Shown here one piece after another: positions 1 to 11,930 of a DNA stretch of 64,000 nucleotides. A model generated the notes under the pieces. It was not told the origin of the DNA. It ran no database searches and saw only the letters and a list, made by a program, of their open reading frames with translations. Numbering within the stretch: position 1 is the stretch's first letter; every line of letters begins with the position of its first letter. Position numbers and translations under genes: made by a program. Source of the stretch: Callorhinchus milii (taxonomy: Eukaryota); NCBI RefSeq assembly GCF_018977255.1, contig NW_024704742.1, positions 126,048,001 through 126,112,000 on the forward strand. Reading direction: 5' to 3'.

Positions 1-79
1 ATTGATTTAAAACTCCGCCGCCAATATACTCACCTGCACTAAACTCCATACCCCCATCAAACAAATTTCCATGTAGGGA

Positions 80-496
80 GTCTGACTCCACTGGCTTCCT
101 ATCTACGAATGGATCAAGTTCAAGTACCTCACACTTGTCTACAAATCCCTTCATGCCCTGGCACCTCCCTATCTCTCTGACTTGCTTACTCCCTACTCCA
201 CTACCTGTCGCATCCACTCAGCTGGCTCAACCTCCTGCTTGTCTCTCATCCCTGCGCTCCACCATCAGCTGCTGTGCTTTCAGCCTCTACACCAAAAAGC
301 TTGGAACTCTCTCCCTCAATCACTCCACCTTGCCTCATCCTTCCGTTTCCAGATCACAACTGACGACCTTCCTCTTTGACTGCTTACGGTCACCTCCCCT
401 CTCCCCCCATGTCGGCATCAGACTCCGCCACTTGTAAGCATTCCGAGATGCTATCCTAGTGAAGGGTGCTATATAAATGCAAATTGCTATTGTTGC
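80..496 (+). mobile_element. Older L2 3' fragment
   Basis: ctccactggcttcct (LHWLP), catgccctggcacctccctatctc (HALAPPYL) and a tail tatataaatgcaaattgctattgttg. Confidence 0.8.
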
Positions 497-1727
497 TTTT
501 GTTATCTTTCCCCTCCACACCCCTTCATTCCACAGCCAATACTGTTAAGTGCTTTGTCCCAACGTGAAAGACACTATATAAATGTAAATTTGTATTTAAT
601 CCGACCAAGTTAGGAAATGGCTCCTCTGAAGGAATTGTTGTGTATATAGACTGTAAAATGAAGCATTTCTATCAACATGACTTATTTGTCATATATTTAA
701 GAGTAGGTAAGGGCACGACGAGCCAAACAGCCTCCTTCTGTGCTGTAAAATTCTATATGACTCTAACTGGCTGAAACAGAAATGGGCGAGAGGATCCTTA
801 ATATTTGTGACAGCTGGTTGGAGCTTTAGTTGTGTGAGCCTTCCCAGAATGCACAAAATAAATTGGCCTTTGCTAAAAAGGAATATTCTTTAATAGCTTT
901 TATCTCTCACTTTCAAGCATCTGTCTCTATTGGTAATATTTACAAATTCATCTTTCTGATGCAACTGTCACAGGCTTTAATGCTTTTGGATAGATTGAGT
1001 CGCAAAGTGCAGAGAAGTGTAGTTATCTTTCAAAGGCAAACTGGATGGAATTGAAGCAGAAACTGCCAAGAAGTAGATGTGTGGAGTATAAACAACAGCA
1101 CATACTTTTTAGGCTGAACGGCTTGTTTCGGTGATGTAGATTCTATGTATGTAATTCCTCTACCTGACGACTCAAGAAATCATGTCAGGGCTGTATTTCA
1201 GAACAGTGACGTTACAAAATATGATGTGTGATATGATAATTATCACAGATGAAAAGAATCGCATCCCATAACTGCAGTTTTCACCCCATAGTATTAGCAG
1301 TACAGTGCACATACATATTATGCACAATATAGGAGATGGGAGTAGGGTGTTCCATGCATTAGTTGTCAATGCCATAGGCATACTCTTGGCTATTTAATAA
1401 CCTGGATGCTGATAATGGATTATACGGGATTGGAACAAAGTCCCAATAATAAGCTTGAACCCACAATCTTCTAACTTGGAGACAAGAGTGCTACCAACTG
1501 AGCCAGGCTGATACCATTATGTCTGTTGCAATGTTATCACCCAATTTCAACTCATTACGGGTTGCCTCTGTGGGGACTCACTTCTGAATGTGAAATGGGT
1601 GTGGACTCCAGGAGGTGCTGAACCTGCTGGTTAAGGAAAAGGAGAATGTTTAATATACTAATGCAAGTTGTTCTTGTTTCTAAAATGCGGCTAACCAAAG
1701 GGATTCAACATGCACTTTCTCATCTTA

Positions 1728-2101
1728 ATCCTGTAACTCAGTGGTTAGAACACTCGCCTCGCAAGCGAGAGACCTGGGTTGGATTCCTGGGCAGGATGAA
1801 ACGTTGGGCAAGTTTCCTTACTTCACACACACGCCTCTGTTTGCCTAGCAATAAGTAGGAACTCAGTTGTTAATTGATTGGCGGATCGCTTTTCTAGGGG
1901 TAATAAAAAAAAGAATAATAATTTGGTCACTCAATCCACGACTGTTTATTTGTTTGTGTGACATGGTTGTTTGCAATTGGCTGCCGTGTTTTGCTCACAA
2001 AATATACATACAATTCACTTTACAGTATATTCTGTGAAGCGCTCTGAGACGTCTGCAAGATGTGATAAGGTGCTATATCATATGCAAGGATTATTATTAT
2101 T
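1728..2101 (+). mobile_element. tRNA-Ala-headed SINE, long form
   Basis: Head with a CGC anticodon loop, extra central block gcctctgtttgcctagcaataagtaggaac..., and the shared tail. Confidence 0.85.
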
Positions 2102-2494
2102 AATGTAAGTGCGTTAAAATGTAAGGCCGGATATTATTCCATTATGCAGTCATGAATATATGTATTTTTACTGGTTTTAATCATATTACAGTGTTTGGAA
2201 TGAATCAATAGTACAAATTTTCTAATTAAGCAAATCCTGTTGTGACTTGAAACAATGTCGTGGACAAATGTGTTTCTGATATACAGTTTTTACTATAATA
2301 CAATTAACATTTATATTGCGCCTTTCACATTTGGAGGTCATCTCAAAGTGCTTCACACTGCTGCCTGGGTGCCTGAGCCGGGGAGGAGGAGGGGGCTTAA
2401 GTGTGGAGTGGGACCTGAAGACCCTGAAGCTGACCCCACTGAAACACTTCTTAACGTTTGAAGAGCCCAAGATTATCTGACAGTTCCTCAAAGT

Positions 2495-2775
2495 GACAAA
2501 ATGGGCAAAATAACCAGAGGGGAAAGAGATGACGAAAATTGTTTTTACGCATCGAGTTGTTATGATCTGGAATGCATTACCTGAAAGGGTGGTGGAAGCT
2601 GGTTCAATAATCGCTTTACAAAAGGAAATTGGATATATACTTGAAAATGAAACATTTGCAAGGCTATAGGAAAGATCGGGGGAATGGGACTAATTGGATA
2701 GATCTTTCAAAGAGCTGGTACAGGCACGATAGGCCAAATGGCCTCCTGTGCTGTAATATTCATTGATTCTATGAT
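2495..2775 (+). mobile_element. CR1 LINE 3' end
   Basis: tttttacgcatcgagttgttatgatctggaatgcattacctgaaagggtggtgg (FF..RVV..WNALP), then the CR1 3' hairpin ggccaaatggcc and an attctatg tail. Confidence 0.8.
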
Positions 2776-3089
2776 ATAGAATCATATCTCATTCTTTGAA
2801 CAGTGGACATGAGTCTCATTGCTTTCACTTGTGCTGCATCTAGAGCGTGGACTGCTCTATATGCTATAGCAACCAGAACTGTACTTCTGTATTTCAGCCC
2901 ACCATCAAATTGCCTTTATCAGTTCACACATTTCCCAAATTGTACTACGGTCTATATGCATTGTATGTTTGCATTGTATTCTCCTGTGTTGCTATTGTTG
3001 CTGTTGCATGATTTTCAGTGAAGTCTTTCACAACGTAAATGGTAATTTTTAAATCAGCATTTTATTGAGGTTTGCTGCTCAGAAACTGA

Positions 3090-3410
<321 letters not shown>

Positions 3411-3425
3411 TAACTAAAACCTCAC

Positions 3426-3730
3426 TAGTTGTGGATTCAAGCCCCACATTGGTACTTTAAGCTCCAATGCTTTGCTGGCCATTCTCTGCATTGTTAGAGG
3501 TGCTATCCTTCGGATGTGACGTCAAACCAGTTCAGGTGGGAGCTAGAAAGATTCCACGGCATTATTTGAAAAGCAAAGGGAGTTTCTCCTCGTGTTCTGC
3601 CAACAATCCTTCAGATACATTTGATCATCTTGTTTGCCTACAAATGCACAGTCAGTACAATTTACAGAAAATTCTGTGAAGTGTTTTGACACTAAAAGCA
3701 TTATATCAAATCTAAGGATGATTATAATAG
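3426..3730 (+). mobile_element. Deu-domain SINE, degenerate
   Basis: ttcggatgtgacgtcaaaccagttcaggtgg...ggcattatttgaaaagc and the shared tail. Confidence 0.68.
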
Positions 3731-3772
3731 TTATATACTTCTGGACTTCTGCACTCCTGGCCTCCAACATTC

Positions 3773-4452
3773 CTGCTGAAACTCTGGTCCACGCCTTTAT
3801 CACCTCAAGGCTGGACTATGGGAACTCTCTCCTCGCCGGCCTTCCCGGCACCTCCCTCCACAAGCTGCAGGTCATTCAGAACTCTGCAGCTCGTGTACTG
3901 TCCCGCACCAGGCTTCAGGACCACATCACTCCCACCTTCGCTCGCCTCCACTGGCTTCCCATCCCCCAGAGGATCAAATTCAAGATCCTCATCCTCACCT
4001 ACAAGGCCATTCACGGCCTCGCTCCCTCCTACATCTCCGACCTATTATCCCCCTACTTACCTGCCCGTACCCTCTGTTCCTCTGGCTCCGGTCTGCTCCA
4101 CATCCCTCGCCCCAACCACCCTACCATCGGTGGCTGGGCCTTCAGCCTCTCAGCCCCTAGGCTCTGGAACTCCATCCTCCAGTGCCTTCTCCTTGCTTCC
4201 TCCCTTTCCTCCTTCAAGGCCGTTCTGAAGACCTCTTCTCTTTGACCGAGACTTCAGCTCCCCTCTCGACTCTCTTCCCCCTTCTCGCTCCCTCCCATCC
4301 CTCCCCTCACCCTGACCATTTCCCCCCTCCTCGCTCCCTCCCCTCCCCTCACCCTGACCATTTCCCCCCTGCTCGGGTCATGACCCAACTGTGCAGCGCC
4401 TTGGGACGTCCTCCTGACGTGAAAGGCGCTTTATAAATGGAATCTTGTTGTT
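3773..4452 (+). mobile_element. L2 LINE 3' fragment (young subfamily)
   Basis: Encodes [20 protein letters not shown]...[15 protein letters not shown]...LWNS; nearly identical to 7836-8477; (TTG)n tail. Confidence 0.92.
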
Positions 4453-4457
4453 GCTGT

Positions 4458-4633
4458 TTAACCATGCCTTCAGCTCCCCTCTCAACTCTCTACCCCCTCC
4501 TCGCTCCCTCCCTTCCCTCCCCTCACCCTGACCATTTCCCCCCTGCTCGGGTCCTGACCCAACTGTCCAATGCCTTGGGACGTCCTCCCGACGTGAAAGG
4601 CGCTCTATAAATGAAATCTTGTTGTTATTGTTG
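4458..4633 (+). mobile_element. Second L2 3'UTR/tail in tandem
   Basis: Repeats ccttcagctcccctctc...cctgacccaactgtcc...gggacgtcctcccgacgtgaaaggcgctctataaatgaaatcttgttg directly after the first tail. Confidence 0.88.
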
Positions 4634-5342
4634 ATTTCTCCCAGTCTCTCACATTCCTGGACTCTTCCATTTAATTTATCATGTTTCAGGCTATTCTGAC
4701 AAGCTGCCAGTGCCTTCATGTTAATATAGCCAATTTGCACATAGCAATGTCCCACAAAAAAGCTGTGAAGTGAATGACCAATTTTATTTGGGGGGTTGTT
4801 GGCTAGGACAGCAAGAGAAATTCCCTGTTCTTTTCAAATAGTGTCATGGGATCTTTAATGTCTGCCTGAACAGACAAAGGATTTAACTTCTCATCTAAAG
4901 AAAGGAACCACGAAAAACACAACGCTCCCCAGCCTTAGACTAGATAAGTTCAGGGTCCCAATTTGGGGCTTGAACCACCATCATTTTGCCTCGGAGGTGA
5001 GAATGGTAACTTGACTTTAGGTGTAGAGAGGAAAAGCTTTTTTGTGAATTTGAGATATGTTTGTTTACAAATTGCGATGCATTATGTACCAAGTATGTCC
5101 AATAGCTGGGTAGACCTCACTGAATCTCAATTAACCCTCAACCCTGAGACACACAGAGCATGTCCACAATGCTCTCTTGTGGACTATCAACATGTCCTGG
5201 TGGGTGTGTTGAAAGGAATGACACAACAAGCCAACTTCTGAGAGCGCTACGTAGGTGACATGTTTATGAGTACTAAGGCTTAAGGAGGTGATGATGAGGC
5301 TTTGTCAACCCAGCTGTTTTGGAAAGGTTTGTGGCTAATATT

Positions 5343-5387
5343 CCTTTATTTCAATGAGTTGCCTTGCCTTTATTTCAATGAGTTGCC
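5343..5387. repeat. 21-bp direct repeat, period 24
   Basis: cctttatttcaatgagttgcc at 5343-5363 and 5367-5387. Confidence 0.95.
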
Positions 5388-8300
5388 CCAACCGCCATGG
5401 TGGTAGTGTAGCCCTTACCTCAAGGACACCACTTGCCCTATCCCCCTACTCCTCTGGCTCTTTCCCCTCTTTTGAGCACCTCACCCTCCTATCTCTCACT
5501 CAAAATCCTCCTCCTCTACCGGCCCCCTAAAACCTCTCCCACCTTCATCTCCGATACTTCTACCCTACTAACATCTCTCTGCCTCTGCTCTGATCGCCTC
5601 ATCATCCTGGGTGACGACTTCAACCTGCACTTCACCCCCTCCTGCTCCATCTCCTCGGACTTCTCCTCCCTGCTCTCCTCGCGCAACCTCTCCCTCCACA
5701 TCAACTCCTCCACTCACAGTCAATGCCACCCACTCAATTTGGTGATCACCCGGGCCTCAGTGTCTCGGATGTCACCATTACCGACAAGGCCGCCTCCGAT
5801 CACCACTTCATCTCCTTCACCACCTCCACCCCCTTCACCACCTCCACCAGACCCACCACCATCTTCTACCGCCCCTAGAAGAAGTTACCCCCACAATCCC
5901 TACCGCTGCCTTGGAATCCTCTGAACTCCTCTCCCTCTGGCCTTCAACTCTCACTGACCCCTCTTCTTCTCTCACCCTCCTCCACAACACCCTCTCCTAC
6001 ATACTCGACAATCTTGCCCCCATCACCTCCTGTACTGTCTCTTACTCTCGCTCCTGCTCATGGTTCACCACCCACCTCCGCTCACTGAAGAGCCAGGTGC
6101 AGGCTGCTGAACACACCTGCCTCAAATCTGGCCTAACAGTCCACCGACAAAGCTGACTGGACCTCCTCAAAATCTACCGCTCCACTCTAGCCTCGGCCAA
6201 GTCATCCTTCTACTCCAGGATAATCCTGGAGGCGAAGAACAACCTCAGGCTTCTGTTCTCTACCACATCTACCATGTGGAGTCCTGTAGCTCAGTGATTA
6301 GAGCACTCGCTTTGCAAGCGAGAGACCTGAGTTCAATTCTAGGCAGAGCGAAACCTTGGGCAAGTTTGCTTACTCCACACGCCTAATAATAATCCCTCCA
6401 AAACAAAAACAATAAAATTGGTCATTTTCAATCTATGATTGTTTGTGGGACATTGCTGTGCACAATTGGCTGCCGCGTTCGTCCACAAATATACAGTCAA
6501 TTCACTTTACAGCATATTCTGTGAAGCGCTTTGGGACATCTAGAAGACGTGAAAAGCGCTATATCAAATGCAAGGATTATTATTATTATTGCATCCCGAC
6601 TCCTCCATCCCCCCCGCTACCCCGCGCAGGTCATCTCCTCCAACCTTCACTGCGAGGAGATGCTGGATTTCCTTGAATTCAAAATCAAGGGAATCCGCTC
6701 CGCGGTTACTGCCCCTCCAACTTCCACCCACCCCCCACCCCGTCCCTCCCACACTCCGACTCCTACCCATCCTCCCCTACACACCTTCGAACCCATTTCC
6801 CCACCCTCTGTCACCAACCTCATCCTGTCCCAAAACCCACCACCTGCTCCCTTGACCTCATCCCCACTCCACTCCTTATCTCCCAGCTCCACCTCCTTGC
6901 CCCACTTCTCATAGAGATCATCAACCTGTAGCTCTCTGGCTCTGTTCCCATTCCCCTAAAAACTGCCACCATCACTCCCACTTTGAAAAACCCCCCCTTG
7001 ATGTGTCGCAGCTATCAAGCTACCGGCCCATCTCCAACCTCCCCTTCCTGTCCAAGGTTCTTGAAAGAGTCGTCGCCTCACAGCTGCGCTCTTTCCTCTC
7101 CACCCATTCATTATTCAAACCCCTTCACTCGGGTTTCTGTGCTGCCCATAGCACACAAACCGCCCTGGTCAAGGTCACTAATGACATCTTGACCATCTGC
7201 GACCAGGACTCTCTCTGCCTCCTCGACCTATCAGCCACATTCGATACGGTCGACCACGCTATCCTCCTCCACCACTTCTCCTCCCACCTCAACCTTCAAG
7301 GCCCTGTCCTTGAGTGGTTTAGGTCGTACCTCTCCCACCGTCTTCATTTTGTTTCCACAAACGGCTTTTCCTCCAGCCCCCTCACTGTCTCGTGCAGTGT
7401 CCCTCAGGCCTCTCTCCTCGGTCCCCTCCTCTTCACCCTCTTGGTGACATCATCCGCAGACATAGGGTTAACTTCCACATGTATGCGGATGACACCCAAC
7501 TCTACCTTTCCTCCTCTACCCTCAACTCCACGACCACCGATGTCCTGACAGCCTGCCTGTCCGACATCGAGTCCTGGACGAGAGACAACTTTCTTCAGCT
7601 CAACGTGCGCAAAACTGAGGCCCTCCTGATTGGCTCACGTCAGCGCCTCCGCACCTCAGGCGCTGACACCATCAGCATCCAAGGCTGCACTCTCCACCTC
7701 TCAAAGCCAGTCAGGAACCTCGGCGTTCTGTTCGACCCTGAGCTGTCCTTTCTTCCTCATATCCGCGCCACAACTGGCACCGCCTTCCATCACCTCCGGA
7801 ATATCGCCAGATTAATGCACTACCTCACCCCTCACGCTGCTGAAACTCTGGTCCACGCCTTTATCACCTAAAGGCTGGACTATGGGAACTCTCTCCTCGC
7901 CGGCCTTCCCGGCACCTCCCTCCACAAGCTGCAGGTCATTCAGAACTCTGCAGCCCGTGTACTGTCCCGCACCAGGCTTCGCGACCACATCACTCCCACC
8001 CTCGCTCACCTCCACTGGCTCCCCATCCTCCAGAGGATCGAATTCAAGATCCTCATCGTCACCTACAAGGCCATTCACGGCCTTGCTCCCTCCTACCTCT
8101 CCGACCTACTATCCCTCTACTTACCTGCCCGTACCCTCCGTTCCTCTGGCTCCGATCTGCTCCACATCCCCCGCCCCAACCACCCTATCATCGGTGGCCG
8201 GGCCTTCAGCCTCTCAGCCCCGAGGCTCTGGAACTCCATCCCCAGTACTTTGCTTCCTCCCTTTCCTCCTTCAAGGCCGCTCTCAAGACCTTTCTCTTCG

Positions 8301-8477
8301 ACCGTGCCTTCAGCTCCCCTCTCGACTCTCTAACTCCTCCTCGCTCCCTCCCTTCCCTCCCCTCACCCTGACCATTTCCCCCCTGCTCGGGTCCCGACCC
8401 AGCTGTCCAGCGCCTTGGGACGTCCTCCCGACGTGAAAGGCGCTCTATAAATGAAATCTTGTTGTTGTTGTTGTTGT
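5388..8477 (+). mobile_element. L2-clade LINE, 5'-truncated near-complete ORF2 (APE endonuclease + RT), inactivated
   Basis: APE motifs GGSVAL, LYRPP, ILGDDFN, SDH; RT motifs YRPISNLPFLSKVLERVV, LDLSATFDTVDH, VPQ.S.LGPLLF, YADDTQLY; C-terminal LHWLP. Carries frameshifts and a TAA at 7869. Ends in a 3' stem-loop and (TTG)n tail; interrupted by a SINE at 6275-6590. Confidence 0.93.
6275..6590 (+). mobile_element. tRNA-Ala-headed SINE, short form, nested in L2
   Basis: Head gtcctgtagctcagtgattagagcactcgctttgcaagcgagagacctgagttcaatt (A box, TGC anticodon loop, B box); L2-like stem-loop tail; (TTA)n. Confidence 0.9.
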
Positions 8478-11400
8478 TTCTCAAGACAGCTACAAAACCC
8501 AGTCTAGTCCTGGGGGGAGCGTTGCATTGTTGTGGCTTCTGTTTTGTGGATGGTAAATCGAGTTCCTATTTGCCTGCTCAGGACTTTAAAGATCCCATGA
8601 CACTTTTAGTAAAGTGAGGAAATTTCTCCCACTGTCCTGGCCAATAAACCTCCAAATTAATTGTCATTCACTTCATGGCTTTCTGTGGGACTATGATTGC
8701 ACAAATGACTGTCACAATTACTTACAAAACAGGATTCAGTTACACTACACAGGATTCACTTGTGAAACTCTCTTAAGGTGTTTCAGCTTGACAAGGCACT
8801 ATGTCATGTGCATGGAATTATAATAAAAGTTGAAAGTCAAGTGTATCTTGTTTCATGTGAAGGTGGAAGGTATCAGTTCATGATCAAAGCGCATTTAAAA
8901 CTTATCAACCAAAGCATTTATTCCGAGTTTCAAGTTTTGTTTATTGAATCATTAATAATGTTCTAGGTTTATATTTATTATTGTGGCATTTATTGTTGTG
9001 TATCTTTTGCCATGCTAAAATGATAGCGCTCATGTTACACAGTAGATCCATTCGACGTATGACTCATACAGAATTATGTGTAGGAACACTGTGAATTCAC
9101 CTCATACTCAAACTCATCAAAAGCTCCTTGTGAAATGAAATTCAGAAATGTTATTGCAGTTTCCAGGTTATTTTGGCAAGCTGCCAATACCTTCATGTGA
9201 ATGGAGTTTAGTTTGGCAGTACATTTTATTCAGTGAAAGAAATGCCACCTAATAGATAAATAAAGGAAAATAAGTTAAGCAGCAGCTTACAGTAATTACT
9301 AGAATACCTTTATCCCAATGTCTTTGGGAGGAAGAAGACCTATTTTGATCAGGAAAGAGGATTTAAGTATTTACTGCAACATTATAAATAATCTGTTCCT
9401 TTTTTATATCTAAATTGGGGTGTACTGACAAATGAACCCATGTATTTATCCCACAAAGATGTAAAATGTTGCTGAGATGCAAAATGTTGTACATTTCCAT
9501 GATTTGTGATGTCTTCATTGCTAAATTTGATGAAGTACCCATCCAATGTTTTGTGGCAGTGTGGTCCTGGGTGTTGTGATGAAGTCAACTGCTATAGGGG
9601 GTTGACATAAGAAATACTGTGTGAGCCCGAAGAACATGGTTAAGGTAGATGGTTTAATGAACAGCATTCGCAATACAATATACTAGTCTTCAATGAGATG
9701 GCCAGTACCCTTTATTTGACAGTATATAATTGAATATTATATTATCTCAGAAGCATGTAAACAATTAATTTGATGGGATGAAGTGATATTAAATGTTTGC
9801 TCGAGACAGTCATTTTCAATTGAAACATTTTGAAGCCATTTTCAAAAGATATCCATTATTGAGGGCAAGCTTTCTTTTACTGAGGTTGCCAAGTTCTAGA
9901 GCAGGGAATAAAATACAATACAAAATGACATTTGTAAAGCGCTTTTCATGTTGGGAGGACGTCCCAAGGTGCTGAACAGTCAGTCAGGGATTATGACCCT
10001 AGAGGGAGTGGGAGGTGGGGTGGGCGGTTGGTTGGGATACCACAGAAGTTGGAAAGAGTTGACTGGATTAATAGTGATGTGCTTGAGTGACATGATCTTA
10101 GGTTTAGGAGCCTGTAGAATGTCTCCAGAATGTTAATGGAAGACTAAAGGAAATAAGGAATGTCATAGTTTTGAGATCTTGGCGAAGAATGAGTTAAGTA
10201 AGCAGGCATTCCGTTTCGTTTTGAGTACAGCAGACTGTGAATGTAGGTGACAGAGTGTTTAAGTTAAATCAGGAGCTTGACAGGAACAAGAGAGGAAGGT
10301 TTAGGATTTTAGAGTCAAAAAGTACAATAACACACCATTCAGCCAATCAAATTTATGCTGGTGCATTTTCCCACAAGTTACCTAATGGAATTCCATGCTC
10401 TTGTTTGTTTCCCATATTTTTATATTCATCTTCTGCAAGACTGTCTAATCCTCTTTTAAAATAATTTAAATCAATGGCCATTTCCACCCCTCTTGGCTCT
10501 CAACCCCAGCTCGGGTGCCAAGACAGGATTGTTAAGTGCTTTGGGACATCCTCCTGACATGAATGGCGCTATATAAATCAAAGCTTGTATTGTAATTTCT
10601 ATTGTATAGTAATATCATTAAAATTGTGAAAGAGAAGACAGACAGCAATGGATGGGGAGGGGATACACTGAGATGAGGAGTTAGACATTGGATTTGATTT
10701 ATTTTTTTGGACCACCTGAAATTCACCACAAAAATACAAAGTGAGGAGAGTTTTCCCTATATGTCGGGGATTCTTTTGTTTTCATCTAGGAAGTTACCAA
10801 ATGACATTTCTGAATGAAAATAACTGAAAATTCATATTTTCTGATTTGTCAAATTGTTTTGTGAAATCCAACCAATTCCCAGCAGAAAAAAAGTGTTTCA
10901 GGTCTGATCGCTGCTTGAGACCAAACTGAAAGAGAATAGAGGCACACTGAATCTTTAGGTGGTAACTGAATTATATGTTCTTCACCTCAATGCAGACGTT
11001 ATGAGCGGCTGTTGTGTTTGTCAGCTTTTCTTCCGTTACACTTAGCTATATTGTCAGCGTACTGGGTAATATCTGCCAAGAAGATGAATCAGGAAAACTC
11101 TAGGGATGAGCGAGTGGGAATTTCAGAGAATTAGGATTCAAATCTTTAAACAAAAATTTGATCAGTTTGTAATGCTGGCGGCTTTCTTTTGGTGAATCGG
11201 GAGTCTTGACACACATCTGAGACGCTTTAGGGTTTTAGCTGCTGAGAACTCATAGAAGCAGAGTTTGGGTTTGGCAGTTCTGGAATGCGTAATCCTGATC
11301 TATTAGGACATTGCTTTGCGTGGTTATCAAGAGCCGAGTGAGAACGAACACATACCCGAGATATCTCAAAAGTTTCCAAGTCACAGCAGTGGCCTGGATG

Positions 11401-11840
11401 TCCAAGGCCTACATAGGAATTTAACTCAGCTTTACCAAGTGTGTCACCATGAAGCCAGCTCATGCCCAACAGACCCTGCTTACATTCGCAATCTCCTTCC
11501 CAGAGAACAGTTGGTCACCAGAAAACTGAGAGACCCAGGGTTGACTATTGGCTAGTCAGCACTCCTTTTGGTGTGGTGAGCAACACAGCTGCACGCCTTG
11601 CCTCCATCCATGAGGTCACAGCTAAGGACACATTCTGTAGCCCATCAAACAGGGACTTCACCATTTGGAAATGCGAAGTAAATGGAATAGGTACATACTT
11701 AAAGGTAGCTTCTAAAACTTACTTTAGTATTAGGTAGCACATTAGGTCTATTTCACCCACAAAATACAGTCGCTGCACTTTACAGTATATCCTGTGAAGT
11801 GCTTTGAGACACCTCGAATGACGTGATAAGACACTATATC

Positions 11841-11930
11841 TTACCGGGTCCTGACCCAACTGTCCAGTGCCTTGGGACGTCCTCCCGACGTGAAAGGCGC
11901 TCTATAAATGGAATCTTGTTGTTATTGTTG
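11841..11930 (+). mobile_element. Very short L2 3' end inserted in a SINE tail
   Basis: cgggtcctgacccaactgtccagtgccttgggacgtcctcccgacgtgaaaggcgc...ttgttg, flanked by a TATATC direct repeat. Confidence 0.85.

Noticed and set aside
3634..4245. 203-aa ORF as a host gene
   Set aside because: It is a chance read-through from a SINE tail into the L2 ORF2 C-terminus.
7003..7871. RT ORFs as a retron, DGR or other novel RT system
   Set aside because: The motifs, upstream APE domain and 3' tail identify an ordinary frameshifted L2 LINE in a vertebrate intron.
11316..11555. 79-aa ORF in unique intronic sequence
   Set aside because: No recognisable homology and no convincing splice context; cannot be supported without a database search.
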